A stretch of 64,000 nt of DNA from Octopus vulgaris (Eukaryota). The DNA lies in the NCBI GenBank assembly GCA_951406725.2, contig OX597814.1, positions 47,926,001 through 47,990,000 of the forward strand, read 5' to 3'. Under the pieces are notes generated by a model. It was not told the origin of the DNA, did not search any database, and was given only the letters and a program-made list of their open reading frames with translations. Of the stretch, positions 44,117 through 58,194 are shown piece by piece (the stretch's first letter is position 1; the number at the start of each line of letters is the position of its first letter). The position numbers and the translations under genes were made by a program.

Positions 44117-44418
44117 TATGTGTGTGTGTGTTTGAATAAATATATATCTGTATATATGATGTATATGTGTGTGTGTGTTTATAAAAGTGCATATATACAT
44201 ATATGTGTGTGTGTGTGTTTATAATCTGTTGAAACTCAATGTTTGTCTCATACCACTCTGATATTCAGATGAGTGTGTGCATGTGTGAGTGCAAGCATGC
44301 ATATGTGTGTGTTTATGAGTGGATTTAAAGGCAGTAAAAGAGGGATATATTTGTTCAATGAATATATTATTGAGGTATTGTTTTACTGCCAGATGCCCTT
44401 CTTATTGTTAACTCACAT

Positions 44419-44813
44419 ACTTTTACTTTTACTTGTTTCAGTCATTTGACTGTGGCCATGCTGGAGCACCGCCTTTAATCGAGCAACTCGACCTCGGGAC
44501 TTATTCTTTGTAAGCCCAGTACTTATTCTATCGGTCTCTTTTGCCAAACCGCTAAGTGACGGGGACATAAACACACCAGCATCGGTTGTCAAGCAATGCT
44601 AGGGGGACAAATACAGACACACAAACATACATGCACACACATATATATATACATATATACGACGGGCTTCTTTCAGTTTCCGTCTACCAAATCCACTCAC
44701 AAGGCGTTAGTCGGCCCGAGGCTATAGTGGAAGACACTTGCCCAAGGTGCCACGCAGTGGGACTGAACCCTGAATGATGTGGTTGGTAAGCAAGCTATTT
44801 ACCACACAGCCAC
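44419..44813 (-). mobile_element. SINE family A, near full length
   Basis: Closely matches the reverse complement of 58195-58621. Confidence 0.92.
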
Positions 44814-45196
44814 ATTTTTTTTTTTCAAATAAGATATCTTATATTTTACACATTTTGAAAAGCACAAGGCCAGTAAATATTTAATTGACAGGAGAAATTG
44901 CAACATCAACATTTGTAACTTATTTGTTTGGAAAAATGCAAATGTAAAGAGACACACATGCACAATCATACACACACACACAATACACCATGCACTTCTT
45001 ATACTTTCTATCTACTAAATCCTCTCATAAAGTTTTGGAGTTTTGGTTGGCCCAGAGCAATAGAAGACACTTGTTCAAGATACTGAATGGTGATAGTTAA
45101 CTAGGAAGCACATGACTTGGAAAGGAACTTCTTAATATCACATGACTTTAACACTGTGTGTGTGTTTGTGTGTGTATATGTATGTCATCATCATTT

Positions 45197-45388
45197 AATG
45201 TCTGCTAAAGAAAAGATTTCTTCAGCTTCGAATGGCAGTTATGCAATTACCCTGATAATACTGTACCAACAGTAACACCAGAATGCACATTTAAGTGTGC
45301 AGTCAATGCAGTTGAAACGCATGTAGGTCCATGAAAGAATGCTGTAAATAACTATTTAATAAAGTCATAAGTGTGGAAAGCCTCCATT

Positions 45389-45432
<44 letters not shown>
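45197..45432 (+). mobile_element. Second Penelope-type terminal fragment with degenerate type I hammerhead
   Basis: ACC-CTGATAA-T-ACTGTA...TGCAGT-T-GAAAC-GCAT-GTA-GGT (45249-45328), followed by AATAAA and (ATT)n. Confidence 0.5.
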
Positions 45433-45436
<4 letters not shown>

Positions 45437-46552
45437 TCGGATTTACCAAGCGAGAAAAATCACTAGAGTCTAGCAACTTATTGCTAACTCTAGTATCAGC
45501 AACATTCACTGTGGTTAATCGGCATACAAAACTGATTTGAGAGGAAAAACGGTAACCCCTTACATATCCCTTTGAAATCATTTTTGAATATATATAGATA
45601 TATTTGAAAGTCTATGAAGATTACCTAATAGTTTTTGAAGTGTAAAGGTGATTTAAAAAAAAACATTAAAAAAAAATGTTATGAAATCTTTTGAGGAAGT
45701 TACTAACCTGTTTTTGAGAAGATTTTTTCCTGGTGTGTGAGCACATTCATTATATATATATATATATATATACACATACACACACATATTTATATTTATT
45801 TATATATATATATACATACAGAGAGAGAGTGAAAATATTTTTATTGATCTATAGATGTAGCTAGCTTTATATTCTTATTGGCATGAAATAAATGGTAAAA
45901 TCCTCTTCTTGGTCTTCATTTGGAACCAAATATTTTATTTTGATGTGAACAAAACTTTGTAACATTATCATGTTGGTAGCCAAATTGTCTCAGTAATCGT
46001 TATAAGGATTAGTCGGTAAGAGGATCAATTGATTGGCAACCAGTTTATCTATAAGATTATTTGAGTAAACAGTGATGTAGATTAAACTTAGGATTTAATA
46101 GAGATGATCTCTGTGCAAAGCAATGTAACATTGGTGTATATGTTAGTATTGTTGGCCAGATGTGACCACATACGCTGATGTACTGCTGTTAGATTTGTCA
46201 TTGATTATAATTAATATTATTGTCAAGGTTGTATAATCAATTAGTGGTTGTGATATTTGCAGTTATAACTGAAATTACTACTGTTGCATGAATTAAACCA
46301 AGAATCCATCTCTATGCGGTTACCTGATTTGCTAGGAAAACCTACCCAATTGGTATTAAGTAGGAGTTAAAATATCATCATTATCATCATCATTTATTGG
46401 TCCCTTTTCCATGCTTGTATGAGTCAAAAGGAATTTGTTGAGGCAAATTTTCTAAGGCAGGATGCTCTTCCTGCTGCCAACCCTCAGCTGTTTCCAAGTA
46501 AGGTATATTATTTTCCCATAGATAGAAATGTTTTTAATGGAATACTGAACAT

Positions 46553-47031
46553 GGACAGCATCTCGAAAGAGTCCAGAAGCTGGCTACCCGCATGGTTCTT
46601 GGTCTCAAGAATTTGTCTTATGAAGAAAGGCTGAAGATGCTCAACCTTTATTCTCTAGAAAAATGACGACGCCGTGGTGATCTCATTCTTGCTCACAACA
46701 TCATAAGCAGAAAGTGTAACCTCTCGAAGGAGCTGTTCTTCACTCCTGCTCCAGAGCTTCGGCTGCGGGGTCATTCTGCAAAGCTCTATCTGCGACAATT
46801 TCATCTCAATCAAAGGAGAGGGGCTTTCTCTGTCCGGGTTGTGGATCCGTGGAATAAGCTGCCGGACAAGATGGTGAAGATGCCGACGACCGCTTGGTTC
46901 AAAGTCTCCCTTGACCACAGGCGGCCTGAGCTCTTTACATGAACACCACCCTGTACATAACTCCATGTCCCCCAACATGGCCTTGCTTTTTTGCTTTCTG
47001 AGCCAAAAAATTAACTAACTAACTAACTAAC
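46553..47031 (+). mobile_element. 5'-truncated CR1-clade LINE 3' end
   Basis: [69 protein letters not shown], short 3' UTR, (TAAC)n tail. Sits inside an older family F copy. Confidence 0.92.
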
Positions 47032-47106
47032 CTCATTTGCATGATGCTGATTCTCATTTGCAGCCATCACGTAATGTCTAGCCAAGGGTACATAAACACA
47101 TTTATA

Positions 47107-47146
<40 letters not shown>

Positions 47147-47148
<2 letters not shown>

Positions 47149-47317
47149 ACGGAGTGGTTGGCGTTAGGAAGGGCATCCAGCTGTAGAAACACTGCCAGAT
47201 AAGACTGGAGCCTGGTGCAGCCTTCTGGCTTCCCAGATCCCCGGTCGAACCGTCCAACCCATGCTAGCATGGAGAACGGACGTTAAACGATGATAATGAT
47301 GATGATGATGATGATGA
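47147..47317 (+). mobile_element. Retroposon family F with (GAT)n tail (RTE-like 3' end)
   Basis: ggcgttaggaagggcatccagc..caacccatgc.agcatgga.aacggacgttaaacgatgatga. Fragments also at ~20297, 33880, 37570(-), 46375(-), 49775(-), 61980(-), 62505(-). Confidence 0.8.
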
Positions 47318-47860
47318 TATATAGTTGGCTTCTTTCAGTTTCCATCTACCAATTCCATTCATAGTTGGCCCAAGCCTATAATAGAAGACACTTGCCCAAG
47401 GTGTCATGCTTTGGGACTGAACCCAAGACCATGTGGTTGAGAAGTAATATTCTTAACCATACATCCATACTTGTGCTTGGCTTTTTTCAAAAAGAAACAA
47501 GACATTGGATAATGATGAACAAAAAAAAAACAAGTTAAAAAGATGGGGTAATCGTTACTAGTATGCCTTTGATTATATATTTTCTCAATCACTTTTCCTA
47601 GATTTTATAGTTTGAACAGTTGTGATGTGTATAACACAATATTTTGGTGATCAGCAAAATGTTATAAGAAACAAATTATAAGATATGAACAATATCAAGG
47701 CAAACGAAACAACTACTGTTATTCAGTTTTCTTTTTAGAGAATTACATTAACTCATTAGTATTTAAACAGAGCATATGGAGAAAATGCTTGCTGAGGTTT
47801 TCAGGTCTTGATTCATACTATGCATTATTAAAATATCACTGGTGACTAGGGTTAATATAT

Positions 47861-48037
47861 ATTTCATTACTACCCACAAGGGGCTGAACATAGAGGGGAC
47901 AAACAAGGACAGACAAAGGGATTAAGTCGATTACATCGCCCCCAGTGCGAAACTGGTACTTTATTTATCGACCCCGAAAGGATGAAAAGCAAAGTCGACC
48001 TTGGCGGAATTTGAACTCAGAATGTAACGACAGACGA
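47861..48037 (-). mobile_element. SINE family D
   Basis: Reverse complement of the first unit at ~36255-36422. Confidence 0.88.
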
Positions 48038-48544
48038 GGGTTAATATAATTGACAAAACTCCTCTCTGAAATTTGAGTTTTTGCGTCTATGTTAGAATTC
48101 TTGGCATTATATTTTCTGAGTTCGAATGCTGCCATGGTCAACATTACCTCTTGGGGTTGATAAAAAAGTACTAGACATAATGATACTCATTAGGCATGTA
48201 TGGAACCAAGTTAAAAATATTCATTGATGCCACTTTATATTCAGCTGTATGCTGCTTTGAATTTGTTCCTTCATATAGTTTGTCTGTAGAGTGTTCATAC
48301 TTTACTTTTTATAGTTATCTCCTGATCAGCTCTCATCAAGAGGACCAACCATAAAAGACTTTCTAGTTGTGATCGTCACATCTTTTTTGTATACTCAGAA
48401 CAACATAATTCAATATTGTTCTGGTTGTATCCTTCCATTTTTAAGACAATATGATCTGAGGGAGATTTGGCTGATATTTCTAGCAAAATGAAAGACCACA
48501 TAGAAGCTTTCTTGTTGGTTTGCTGTCCCACTTTATCTCCTCTC

Positions 48545-48956
48545 ACTTTTACCTTTAACTTGCTTCAGTCATTGGACTGTGTCCATGCTGGAACACTTCC
48601 TTGAAGGGTCTTGTCATCGATCCCAGTACTTTATTTTTCATAGTCTGGTACTTATTCTATCAGTCTCTTTTGTGGAACTACTAAGTTACAGGAATGTAAA
48701 CAAACCAACACTAGTTGTCATGTGGTGGTGGGGAGACAAATACAAACTCACACACAGGTAGATATAAATACATACATACATACCTTGTATGTGTGTGTGC
48801 ACACGCTTCAATTTCTGTCTACCAAATCCACTTACAAGGCTTTGGTTATCCTGGGCTTATAGTCAAGGACACTTACCCAAGGTTCCACACAGTGGAGCTG
48901 AACCCTGAACCATGTGGTTAAGAAGTAAACTTCTTAACACACAGCCACATCTGCAC
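48545..48956 (-). mobile_element. SINE family A (older copy)
   Basis: Diverged full-length homologue. Confidence 0.85.
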
Positions 48957-50029
48957 CTTTTTATCTATCTATTCATTATTTATTTATTTATTTAAAATGG
49001 TTGGCTATTGTGAGATGTCCTTCTGGTTGAGAACCTAGTCTATCAAAGTATCTCTGCAATTGTGATGATGTGAAATTATAATGATATGATAGCAATTTAT
49101 CATTGATGCTTGTCAAGGCTGGGTTTTTTTAAATTTATTTTTATTTTTGTTGTTTTCAAGGATTCTAATGACTTTTTGCTTTCACTTGCACGAGATACAC
49201 ACATCATATGGTCTTGTGCTTGTAGAAATATAGAAAGCAGTGTTGCATAAAAACAACCAAATAGAACAATAGTTGTAAATTATTCCCAAAGGATTTTGAA
49301 GAACCAATTAGCTTAATAGCAATTTGTACCAGGCACAAATATATTCACAATCAAAGCTAATACAAATTAACAACTGTTTTTTCTATGTTATCAGTCATCA
49401 AATTGCTATTCATCTTGTCTTAGAAACTCACAAACTTTCACAAACACACATTCAGTTATTAATGCATGTTATATGTATTTGATAGACAAGTTTAACCTAA
49501 CAATGACTGCCTTTGTGCTTTACATTTTCTTTTCTTCACAGTTGGCAGGAGAATGTAGATGGTAAATTTTAAAAAAAAAAAGTGTTGATATAAAAACCTA
49601 AAAGTATTTTTTGTGTGTTTGAAGAAAATTGCAATGAGTATTTTAAATTTAGAATTTTAAGAGCACATGAATTATCTGCCTGTTTTTCTATCTATCCACA
49701 TGTGTGTATAAGTGTGTACACATGCATATATAAATTTATATTGGTGTATGTATGCATGTATACACTCACACACATCATCGTCATCATCATCATAATTTTT
49801 ATGTCTGCTTTTTCCATACTGGCATGGGTTGGATGAATCTTTTTAGGAAGTATTCTCCAGCCAACTGTCCTTCATGAAGCCAACCCTTATTTTTAAATTA
49901 TCCCTCTGGTCTTTGACTGTAAAACTGCCAAGCTGTAAGTCATATTGTTTATGCAAATATCACTACTATACAGTCAGTACCAATCAAACAAACATACATA
50001 CATGTGTATACACATGCACACACACATAC

Positions 50030-50325
50030 AGTGGTTAGAGTGTCAAGCTTACGATCGTGAGGTTGTGAGTTCGAATCCTGGACCGGGCTGCGTGTTGTGT
50101 TCTTGAGCAAGGCACTTTATTTCATGTTGCTCCAGTTCACTCAGCTACAGAAATGAGTTGCGATGTCACAGGTGCCAAGCTGTATCGGCCTTTGCCTTTC
50201 CCTTGGATAACACTGGTGGTGTGGTGAGGGGAGGCTGGTATGCATGGGCGACTGCTGGTCTTCCATAAACAACCTTGCCCGGAATTGTGCCTGGGAGGGT
50301 AAATTTCTAGGTGTAATCACATGTC
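50030..50325 (+). mobile_element. SINE family C (tail variant 3)
   Basis: B-box GAGTTCGAATCC; homologous to 34860-35193. Confidence 0.88.
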
Positions 50326-50369
50326 AGTCTCAGCATATATATATGTATGTATATGATGGTCTCTCTTGT

Positions 50370-50642
50370 CGAAAATGATGTATGAGTGTTTAGCTTTTGC
50401 CAAATGATCTGCACAAATGATTTGTTTTGTAGTGATCAAATGTGTGTACTGTACATTAGTTCACTCTCTCCATCAAATCCATGTTGCCTGAACAGTTGCA
50501 TGGTGTACCACACACCAGGTGTTGAAGTGATTGGAGGGCAATATGAGATGAAGTGTTTTGCTCAAGAACATAACACACCACCCTGCCAAGGAATTGAAAC
50601 TACGATCTTGCGATCGTGAGTACAATGCCATGCACCCTTGCA
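50370..50642 (-). mobile_element. SINE family C-like head with a further tail variant
   Basis: tgaagtgttttgctcaagaacataacac..gaattgaaactacgatcttgcgatcgtgag is the reverse complement of the C head; the remainder is unrelated to the other tails. Confidence 0.65.
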
Positions 50643-50668
50643 CACTCACACACATGTGCGCACACACA

Positions 50669-51743
50669 CCAGGCTGAGTAAAAAAGTAGGCAACGTTTGG
50701 AAGCATGAAATTCATTACAATATATTTCAACAATGCGGAAATTTTATTCATCAAAAGTAAGTACTATTACAGTCAGCACATTTTTGCCAATGAGTTACGA
50801 ATCTGTTTATTCCAGTAACATAAAAATCTGGATTTCTGGAGTTGATTAAATCTTTGAATGCACTTTCAGCATCAGTTTGATTTTTTAACTCCTCTGACAG
50901 GAAACCATCAAGGTGCTTGAAAAAGTGGTACTTAGGAGGAGAAAGGTCTGGGGAAGAACTTCATAGAAGTTGAAGTTCCTTCAACTTCTGGAGTATCATT
51001 ATTGAAACGTATGGTCAAGTATTGTCATGAAGAATGATTGGCCCTCTTCTGTTGACCTGTCTGAGACAGAGGAGTAGCAGTTTTTCATTCATTTTGGCAA
51101 TTTCATGGCAATATGTTTCTGCAGTAATGGTTTTTCTGGGTTTTAAAAAGTTATAATGGATGAGTCCAGCAGTACATCACCAAACAGTCAACATAACCTT
51201 CTTTTTGAAGATCTTGGGTTTAGGGAAGGTTTTCAGTGCTTCGTTTTGGTCCAACCACTGTAAACAATGTTTTTTTATTATTGTAGAGAATCCACTTTTT
51301 ATTGCAAGTTAAAATATGGTCGAGAAGTGGATTGGTCTGGTTACAGAGAGGAAGTGATGAGCAAATTTCATATCTGCGCATTTTCTGATTTTCATTCAAA
51401 TCATGTGGTACCCATTTGTTGAGCTTTTTTGATTTTCTGATCACATGCAAATGGTTGCAGGCAGTTTTCTGGTTAACGTAAAGTTCTTTTGCCTGTTCTT
51501 GAGTGGTTTTACGTGGATATTTCTCAGTGATGGTCTTTAATTGACCGTCATCGATGACAGATGGGTGTCCACTACACTCACGATCTTCAAAGCTCAGGTC
51601 TCCCCTTGATGCATTTGGGCAAGTCTATGTTTGTATTATTAGACAATTGGAAAAGAATGTTTAAAAAAAAATTCAAAACTCTGCAAAAGTCTAGTACAAA
51701 TTCTTCGTGGTTCAAAGCATTGCTTATTTTGTACTCAACCTGA
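50669..51743 (-). mobile_element. Mariner DNA transposon remnant (Hsmar1/SETMAR-like motifs)
   Basis: Imperfect TIRs CCAGGCTGAGTAAAAAAGTAGGCAACGTTTG / rc TCAGGTTGAGTACAAAATAAGCAATGCTTTG. KKLNKWVPHDL..RYEICSSL..LDHILTCNKKWILYNN, ILHDNT, SPDLSP..YHFFKHLDGFL. Confidence 0.92.
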
Positions 51744-52669
51744 TGTATATGAACTGGTCTTCTGTGTTATTTCTATCTCCCAAAACTCACTCATAAGGTA
51801 TTGGCCAACCTTGAAATCACTTGCAAAAACGAACTTCTTAATCACACAGTCATGCACATAATGAAATGAAGAGTAGAGGAGAGAGAGAGAGAGAGAGAGC
51901 AAGCTGGTAATGTTTAAATATTTGATGTAAACATACAAGGTTTGCCAGACAACAAAGAACAAAACAAAGCTCACAGAAAACCAGGCTCCAGATAGAAAGG
52001 ACAACACTCCCAGAAAAACAACACATATACAACTAGATAGATTGACGAAAAAAGCCATTCAATTAATTTTCAATTAATTAAACAATCCCCAATCCTAATG
52101 ATGAACCCAATGCATCCATGCAAGCTACTGCATGTCATGATGAGGTGGCTTCTGTTACTACACCCATGACAGTAACCTTGGATGATATATGATGGCAGCC
52201 TTTTTGGCATCATGAGGATATCAGCTGGTTCGCCTCACCCAAATAACATTCCAGATGCAGCTGTTGATAAGGGTCAAATCCAATGAGCTAGGAAGTCACA
52301 TGGTTCTGCTTGGTCTCATTGGGTATGAACTGCCCTCTCCTCATCATGTACAACTTGTACCTGATGTCTTCATGCACCTCATCTGAAAGTAGGCTCTGTC
52401 ACTTTGAGCTGCTCAGCAGTGGTCATCATCAACTCACATTGGATGTTATTGATTTCCTGGACTTGCTAAATAAACTCAGCTGCTCTGAAAACATCTGGCC
52501 ACCAAGAATATTTCTTTCTCTTGGACATAGGTGGCACAGGAAAACAGTGAACACAGGACACCTGATTACATTCAAGAAGCTGGTAATCTGGGAGTCACTG
52601 TAGTTAGCTGCTGAAGCAAGAAGCACAGCATATTTTGCAAAAAGTTTCTCAATTGATATATAAGTTCAT

Positions 52670-52709
<40 letters not shown>

Positions 52710-52710
<1 letters not shown>

Positions 52711-53074
52711 TAGCAGTATCGCCCGGCGTTGCTCGGGTTTGTAAGGGAAATAACTATATAAGCATTTTTAGAGAGTTATAGCCAAAAAATGGGAATAAAA
52801 TGATGGTAAATTTTTTTTTTAGTTAAAAAGGTCGAGTTGCGTCCCCTAGACAGTCTGTGGTTTGTGTTTCTGATTCTCGACCCCATGTCGAATTGATCGA
52901 TTTTTTTCAGAACTGGGGAACTTTTCAAAATTTTCGCTGCGTTAGTTTTGAATTATGACATTGGGCTATGTGTGTGTCAAGTTTCATCAGAATCGGTTGA
53001 AAGCCGTGGTCAGGGTGAGGGTACAACCTAACAGACACACAGAAACACACACAGACAAACTGCCGTTTATATAT

Positions 53075-53077
<3 letters not shown>
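52710..53077 (-). mobile_element. Non-autonomous Helitron inserted in (TA)n
   Basis: Minus strand A|TC start and CTAG|T end. 3' end matches 7930-8324, 5' part differs. Confidence 0.85.
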
Positions 53078-53117
<40 letters not shown>

Positions 53118-55439
53118 TAGAAGCAAAGTTTTGAAGCATCAGGTCTTTGTTATGCAGAGCTTGCTTATCATTACTGTTTATTCTGGTATAAATAGAAATA
53201 ATAACATTAATCCTACACTACATTTTGGAGAATAGATGTAGCATTTTGTCTTTTAACTACAAATTGTTAACTAGCAGGATGTTTTGGGCAATTGAATACA
53301 TTTTTTTATAATCATATTTACTTCATTTAAATATAAACAAAATATAACTTCTGTGAAGGTAACACTTGTTTGGGAAATATTACTTGCTCCAGAGAATTAT
53401 TAGAGGTTTTGTTTCTGTAATCTATTATGTTCATATTACATTGTTATTCAACAACTAAGCTAATTTAAGTTTTCTCTAAGATGCATACATGCATAGCTTT
53501 ATGGTGACTAACATATCTTTGTGCTTATCAGTCAATCCTCCATTTTAATGTAAATCATCGTTGGCATTGTTGTCATCACCATCATCATCATCATCTTGTA
53601 CTCATTTTCCATACTGGTACAAGTTGGTCAGGTTTCTGTGGTCCATTTCAGTTCTTATTTACAGTTATTGCTCACTAGACGTGTTGGAGGACCAGAGTTT
53701 GCTAATACATTCTGTTTTTTGTAGTTTTTACGACTGGATGCCAACTACTTTGGAGTATAGTGAATTTGTTTTGTCAATAATACCAGCATTAATTAGAGAG
53801 GTTGTTACATTCTTAATGTGATCAAATTTATTTGATCACCAATCACTTTGCCGAATATACTAAATACATTCTATTGTGGCATCAGCACAAGTGAGGTGTC
53901 ATGTCACCTGCCAGACTAAAGAGTTTGCTCTATTCTATGTAACTTGCATTCTTTTCTATAAGTATGAAACAGATGAGATGTAAATATGATAGGATAGGAT
54001 GATAGGGAAGAGGGGAAATAGGGGAGATGTTAAATTCCCAAGGTTTTCTACAACAGAATTAATGCTTCACTAAATCAGTAATGTGCAATTTTTTTCAATG
54101 TTATAGATGTGATGCATGTTAAGCATGTCTTTTGTGAAAATTGTGTCATCACCACTTACCAGCATCATCATCGTATTCCTCCTACATAGATCGATGTTAT
54201 CTCAACCAATCCAAATACTGCTCAAAAGACAATAGTGAACTTGTGCATTTTTTTCTGTAGCTCAGAAGTTAACGTTGCTTAAAATTGTTGTTTATAGCAA
54301 GATCAAATTTGATTGAGCAGGTCAATGATCTAATGCATTGGAGCTGTACCAACTCTGTCATTTTCTATATTAGTAGCTTCATTTCTATATTAGTAGCTTA
54401 AGGCAGTAATGTGTGATTTGGTTTCTATTTCTTGCAGGATGAGTGACCACATGGAGGTTCACTTGTTGGTTTGGTTTTGTTTATGTAGCTATTTCATTCC
54501 TTCTTTTTTTTACAGCAAATAATCAATATGTCCTATTCCAAGATATCCAGGTATCAAATTGCAGCATTCATATATTATGAGTCATCCAGGTTTTGCGTCT
54601 AAGTAAATGCCTGTATTATCCATATACACAGCCTGAACCATCCATATTCATAGCCTGAAGCATCCATTTAAAGGCACTGTGTACATACTGTTATGCAAAT
54701 ACTCTAAGCTTAATAAATACACATTAACCTCAAGTGTACACTTATCCACTTTTGTGTGTATACATTCATTACAATGAGTGCTTATATGAGCATTCACTTA
54801 TGATCAACAACACACAAACATTACTTGTATTCATTATTGCATGTAAACACATACACTACCAAAGTATATACACTGATCGTTTGATTATTGACACTGTGAA
54901 GACACACACACTCACACTCACACACACGCACATACACATTGAGTTCATCTTAAGTGAGACTCATTCATATACAGCAACTTATGTCCCAAGCACCCACATA
55001 TTTCTATATACTTCATATGAACTATTTGATAAGATGTCTGTAATTGTTCTGTCAACTTTGTAAACCATCACTCTTCTACCTTGATCAGATAACCAGTTAG
55101 TGTTCTAGGCAGAGCAGTTACAATGTGGAAGCTACGTCCCACTGGGTTACGGCATAGTTCCTTTTGTTAGAAGTACTCTTCTCTCAAGGCATATAATCTC
55201 CTTTTCACTGATCAATTTTGTCTTAGCCTCTAACTGTTAGTCCCATCTTTTAACTATCTCTTTCTCATTCTGTCTCTCTCTCTTTTCTCACTCTCTTTAT
55301 CTCTCAGTATTTGTGTAGCTCTGTGTGCTTAAATATATTTATACATACACATATAAATATTTATTTTCATATACACATACACACGCATTTGCGTATGCTT
55401 GTATATATGTTTTTACGTGCACATGTGTGTGTTTGTGTG

Positions 55440-55605
55440 TGCAGACATGATTTCGTGGTTCAGAAGTTTGCTTCATAACCATATGGTTTCAGGTTCAGTC
55501 CCACTGCTCAGCACTGTGGGCATGTGTCTTTTATTATAGCCTCAGGTTGACCATAGCTTGTGAGTGGATTTGGTAGATGGGGACTAAAAGGAAGCCTGAT
55601 GTATG
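55440..55605 (+). mobile_element. SINE family A 5' half
   Basis: ggttcagtcccactg..gtgagtggatttggtaga homology. Confidence 0.8.
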
Positions 55606-55948
55606 CATATATATGTGTGTATGTGTGTGTGTACATGCACATTTATATGTGCATGTGCACACAGACACACACTCACTCACATGCACGTGTGCACAGACAC
55701 ATATTTATTTTCACTAGCTTTGATTACTGGTAGACTTTTTTAGTGTTGTTTTAAAATATAATTCCACCCCACTCTTTTTTAGGTTTCCTTTGCCTCATTA
55801 AAATCATTTCTGTGGTCTTCAAAACATTTTGTTATCTTCTTTCATATATGTACGAATAAAAAAATTTGCACATTTCCAAATATAAAGAAAGGTTTTAATT
55901 ATAGTCAATATTCTTGTATATGTATGTGTCTGTGTATGTGCAAGTATG

Positions 55949-55992
<44 letters not shown>

Positions 55993-56349
55993 TTAGGTAC
56001 AATTTTTGCTTGTTTGACTAACCAAATGACTGCAAATTCTTGTAATCAGTTTTGAGGTGTTGGCACATCACCTGCTCACTATGATTAACACCACCTTCTC
56101 ACTATGTGTGCATTTATTTAGAGTTTGCCCTGTTGCAAGAATTCAAACCTGGGTCTTGACAAGGGCAAGGTTATTTTGACTTCAAGGTGCACCAACTTGT
56201 TATGCATCCTTCCTTACATGTTAGAAACTAAATTTGCTCAATAATTCTCCCTCTTCTTAAAAAAAAAAATCTATGGATTCTGAGAAAACCTACCCCACCA
56301 CTACATTTCACCTCTTTCTAACATGTAAACCACTTTTTGTATTGTATTC

Positions 56350-58080
56350 CTCTTTGTGACATAAATCTCTCGACCCTTCTTTTTTAACCTATAGTTCACC
56401 TCTGTTGTCTAGACTAAACTCTCTTCAGATTTTACTTCAAAATATGGTGTTTGCTCATATGTAGATTCTTCTCTCCCCATCTACTCACCTCTTTCACTGG
56501 GATATCAGCAACAAAGATTTCCTTTTACTCTGGTTCTGAGGCTCCCTTTCTCCAAGTACATCTACTTTCTATATCTCTCATCAAACTCCTTCAACCTCCA
56601 AAATGTTTTGACCATAATTCTTGATATATCAAGGCTATCTGTGTTACTTCATCACTTTTGACTCTTGCACTTGTCACATATTGATGCCACTGATGCAGAA
56701 ACTGAATGTTTCCTACTCCTCACAATCCTCAACTCTTTACATCAACTTGATTCATCACTAACCCACATCCTTGACCAACATACTGACACTCCAAGTATAC
56801 TTGTTCACTTTCTCACCTCCAAATCTAACCTCTACAGTCTTTGCACTTATTGGGTCATATGATCATTGTCTCAGTGTGATTAACACAGGCACATCCTATG
56901 AAGTGCCTTCCACCTCCTGAACTCTAGTAAGCCAAGCCAGCTGACTGGTAGGAGCTCTGACAGTTCTATGCTATCACTGGCAGCATATGTGTGTATATAT
57001 ACACACACTCATACACTCACACACATCAATCCTGAACTATCAGGAGCAACCATATGAACTCATCCTCTTAGGCTTGTCCTTGCACATCCTATACACAACC
57101 AAAACTCATATCCCCATGTCCCCTAAGTGGTTTAGCCATAACTGCACTGCAGCAGTTTGGGTTAAAAATACTGCCTAGGCCACTTGGAGAAAATCAAATA
57201 CCCCATACAAACTGGATGGCTTTTATCCAGTACCACATATCATACAAAACTGTCCATACTGTGACGTATTCCTCTGTACATTACACAGGTTGCAATCTCT
57301 CCCACATTCCAACTTACAGCGAATTTTTTTGACGCTTTACCAAAAGTTCTTTACTAACTTTGTGGAATCCATGTTTCCTCCATTTCTCAACTATGGTGGT
57401 TCTGTAAGTAATATTCCCATGATAAAGACACTATATTTGCTACCCACTTTACACTTAAGTACACATTGTACACACTAGAGAAATTTCCTCCAAGACTTTC
57501 CTTTTCATTTCACCAGACTCACCTCTCACGCATATAAACCAAATGTGAAAGCATCTGATTTCTTCAAACCAAAAGGGCCACTAGCCCAGACAATATCACT
57601 TTGAATTCTTTTAAACAATAAACCCCAGAGTTAGCCCTATCTCCTCACTAGATTCCTCTCTCTCCCTCCCCGTGTTACAGTATCCTTCATACCCAAAAAA
57701 GGTAACTATTATACTATCTGCCAGCTTCCATACTTTTGTGCTCACTTTCAGTATTTTAAAAGTGAAGAACTTGGTATAGACATCAACCTTCTCCATTACC
57801 TTGAATCTCTTAGTGATCACTTGTAAGGCTTTCATAAAGTCATATCTACAAGAAACCTACTCTTCTAAGACACTCAGCAGTGGGACTTACTCTTGAGAAG
57901 TTTGGTGGAACACTGTTGTTGTCCTTGAGATCAGCAAATCTTTCAGTGATGTCTGGCATGCAAATCTCCTGTCAAACCTGCTTGCCTTTAGGCTCCATCC
58001 ATCTCTTGTCTCTTAGATTAGTAAGCATCTGTCAGTTCATATATGTTCGCCAATGTTCAGTTTTGTTATCCACATTCTTT
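56350..58080 (+). mobile_element. Highly decayed CR1-group LINE (EN/RT remnant)
   Basis: LNSLHQLDSSLTHILDQHTDTPSILVHFLTS..GSYDHC resembles the APE C-terminus (PT..PD....NILDLFLTS..GSSDH); PKWFSHNC and PELA.LL follow in ORF2 order. Confidence 0.6.
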
Positions 58081-58194
58081 CTTATACATCAGCAATCCAC
58101 TTGCCAACACCTCTAACCAGCCCTGAAAAAATAGGCCTATGATCAAAGGCATTTTAGTCATGACCATCTTAACTTTTTAAAAATCAGCTGTATA

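Noticed and set aside
52100-52630. GC-richer block that may be a DNA-transposon coding fragment
   Set aside because: No motif I can assign with confidence and no termini.
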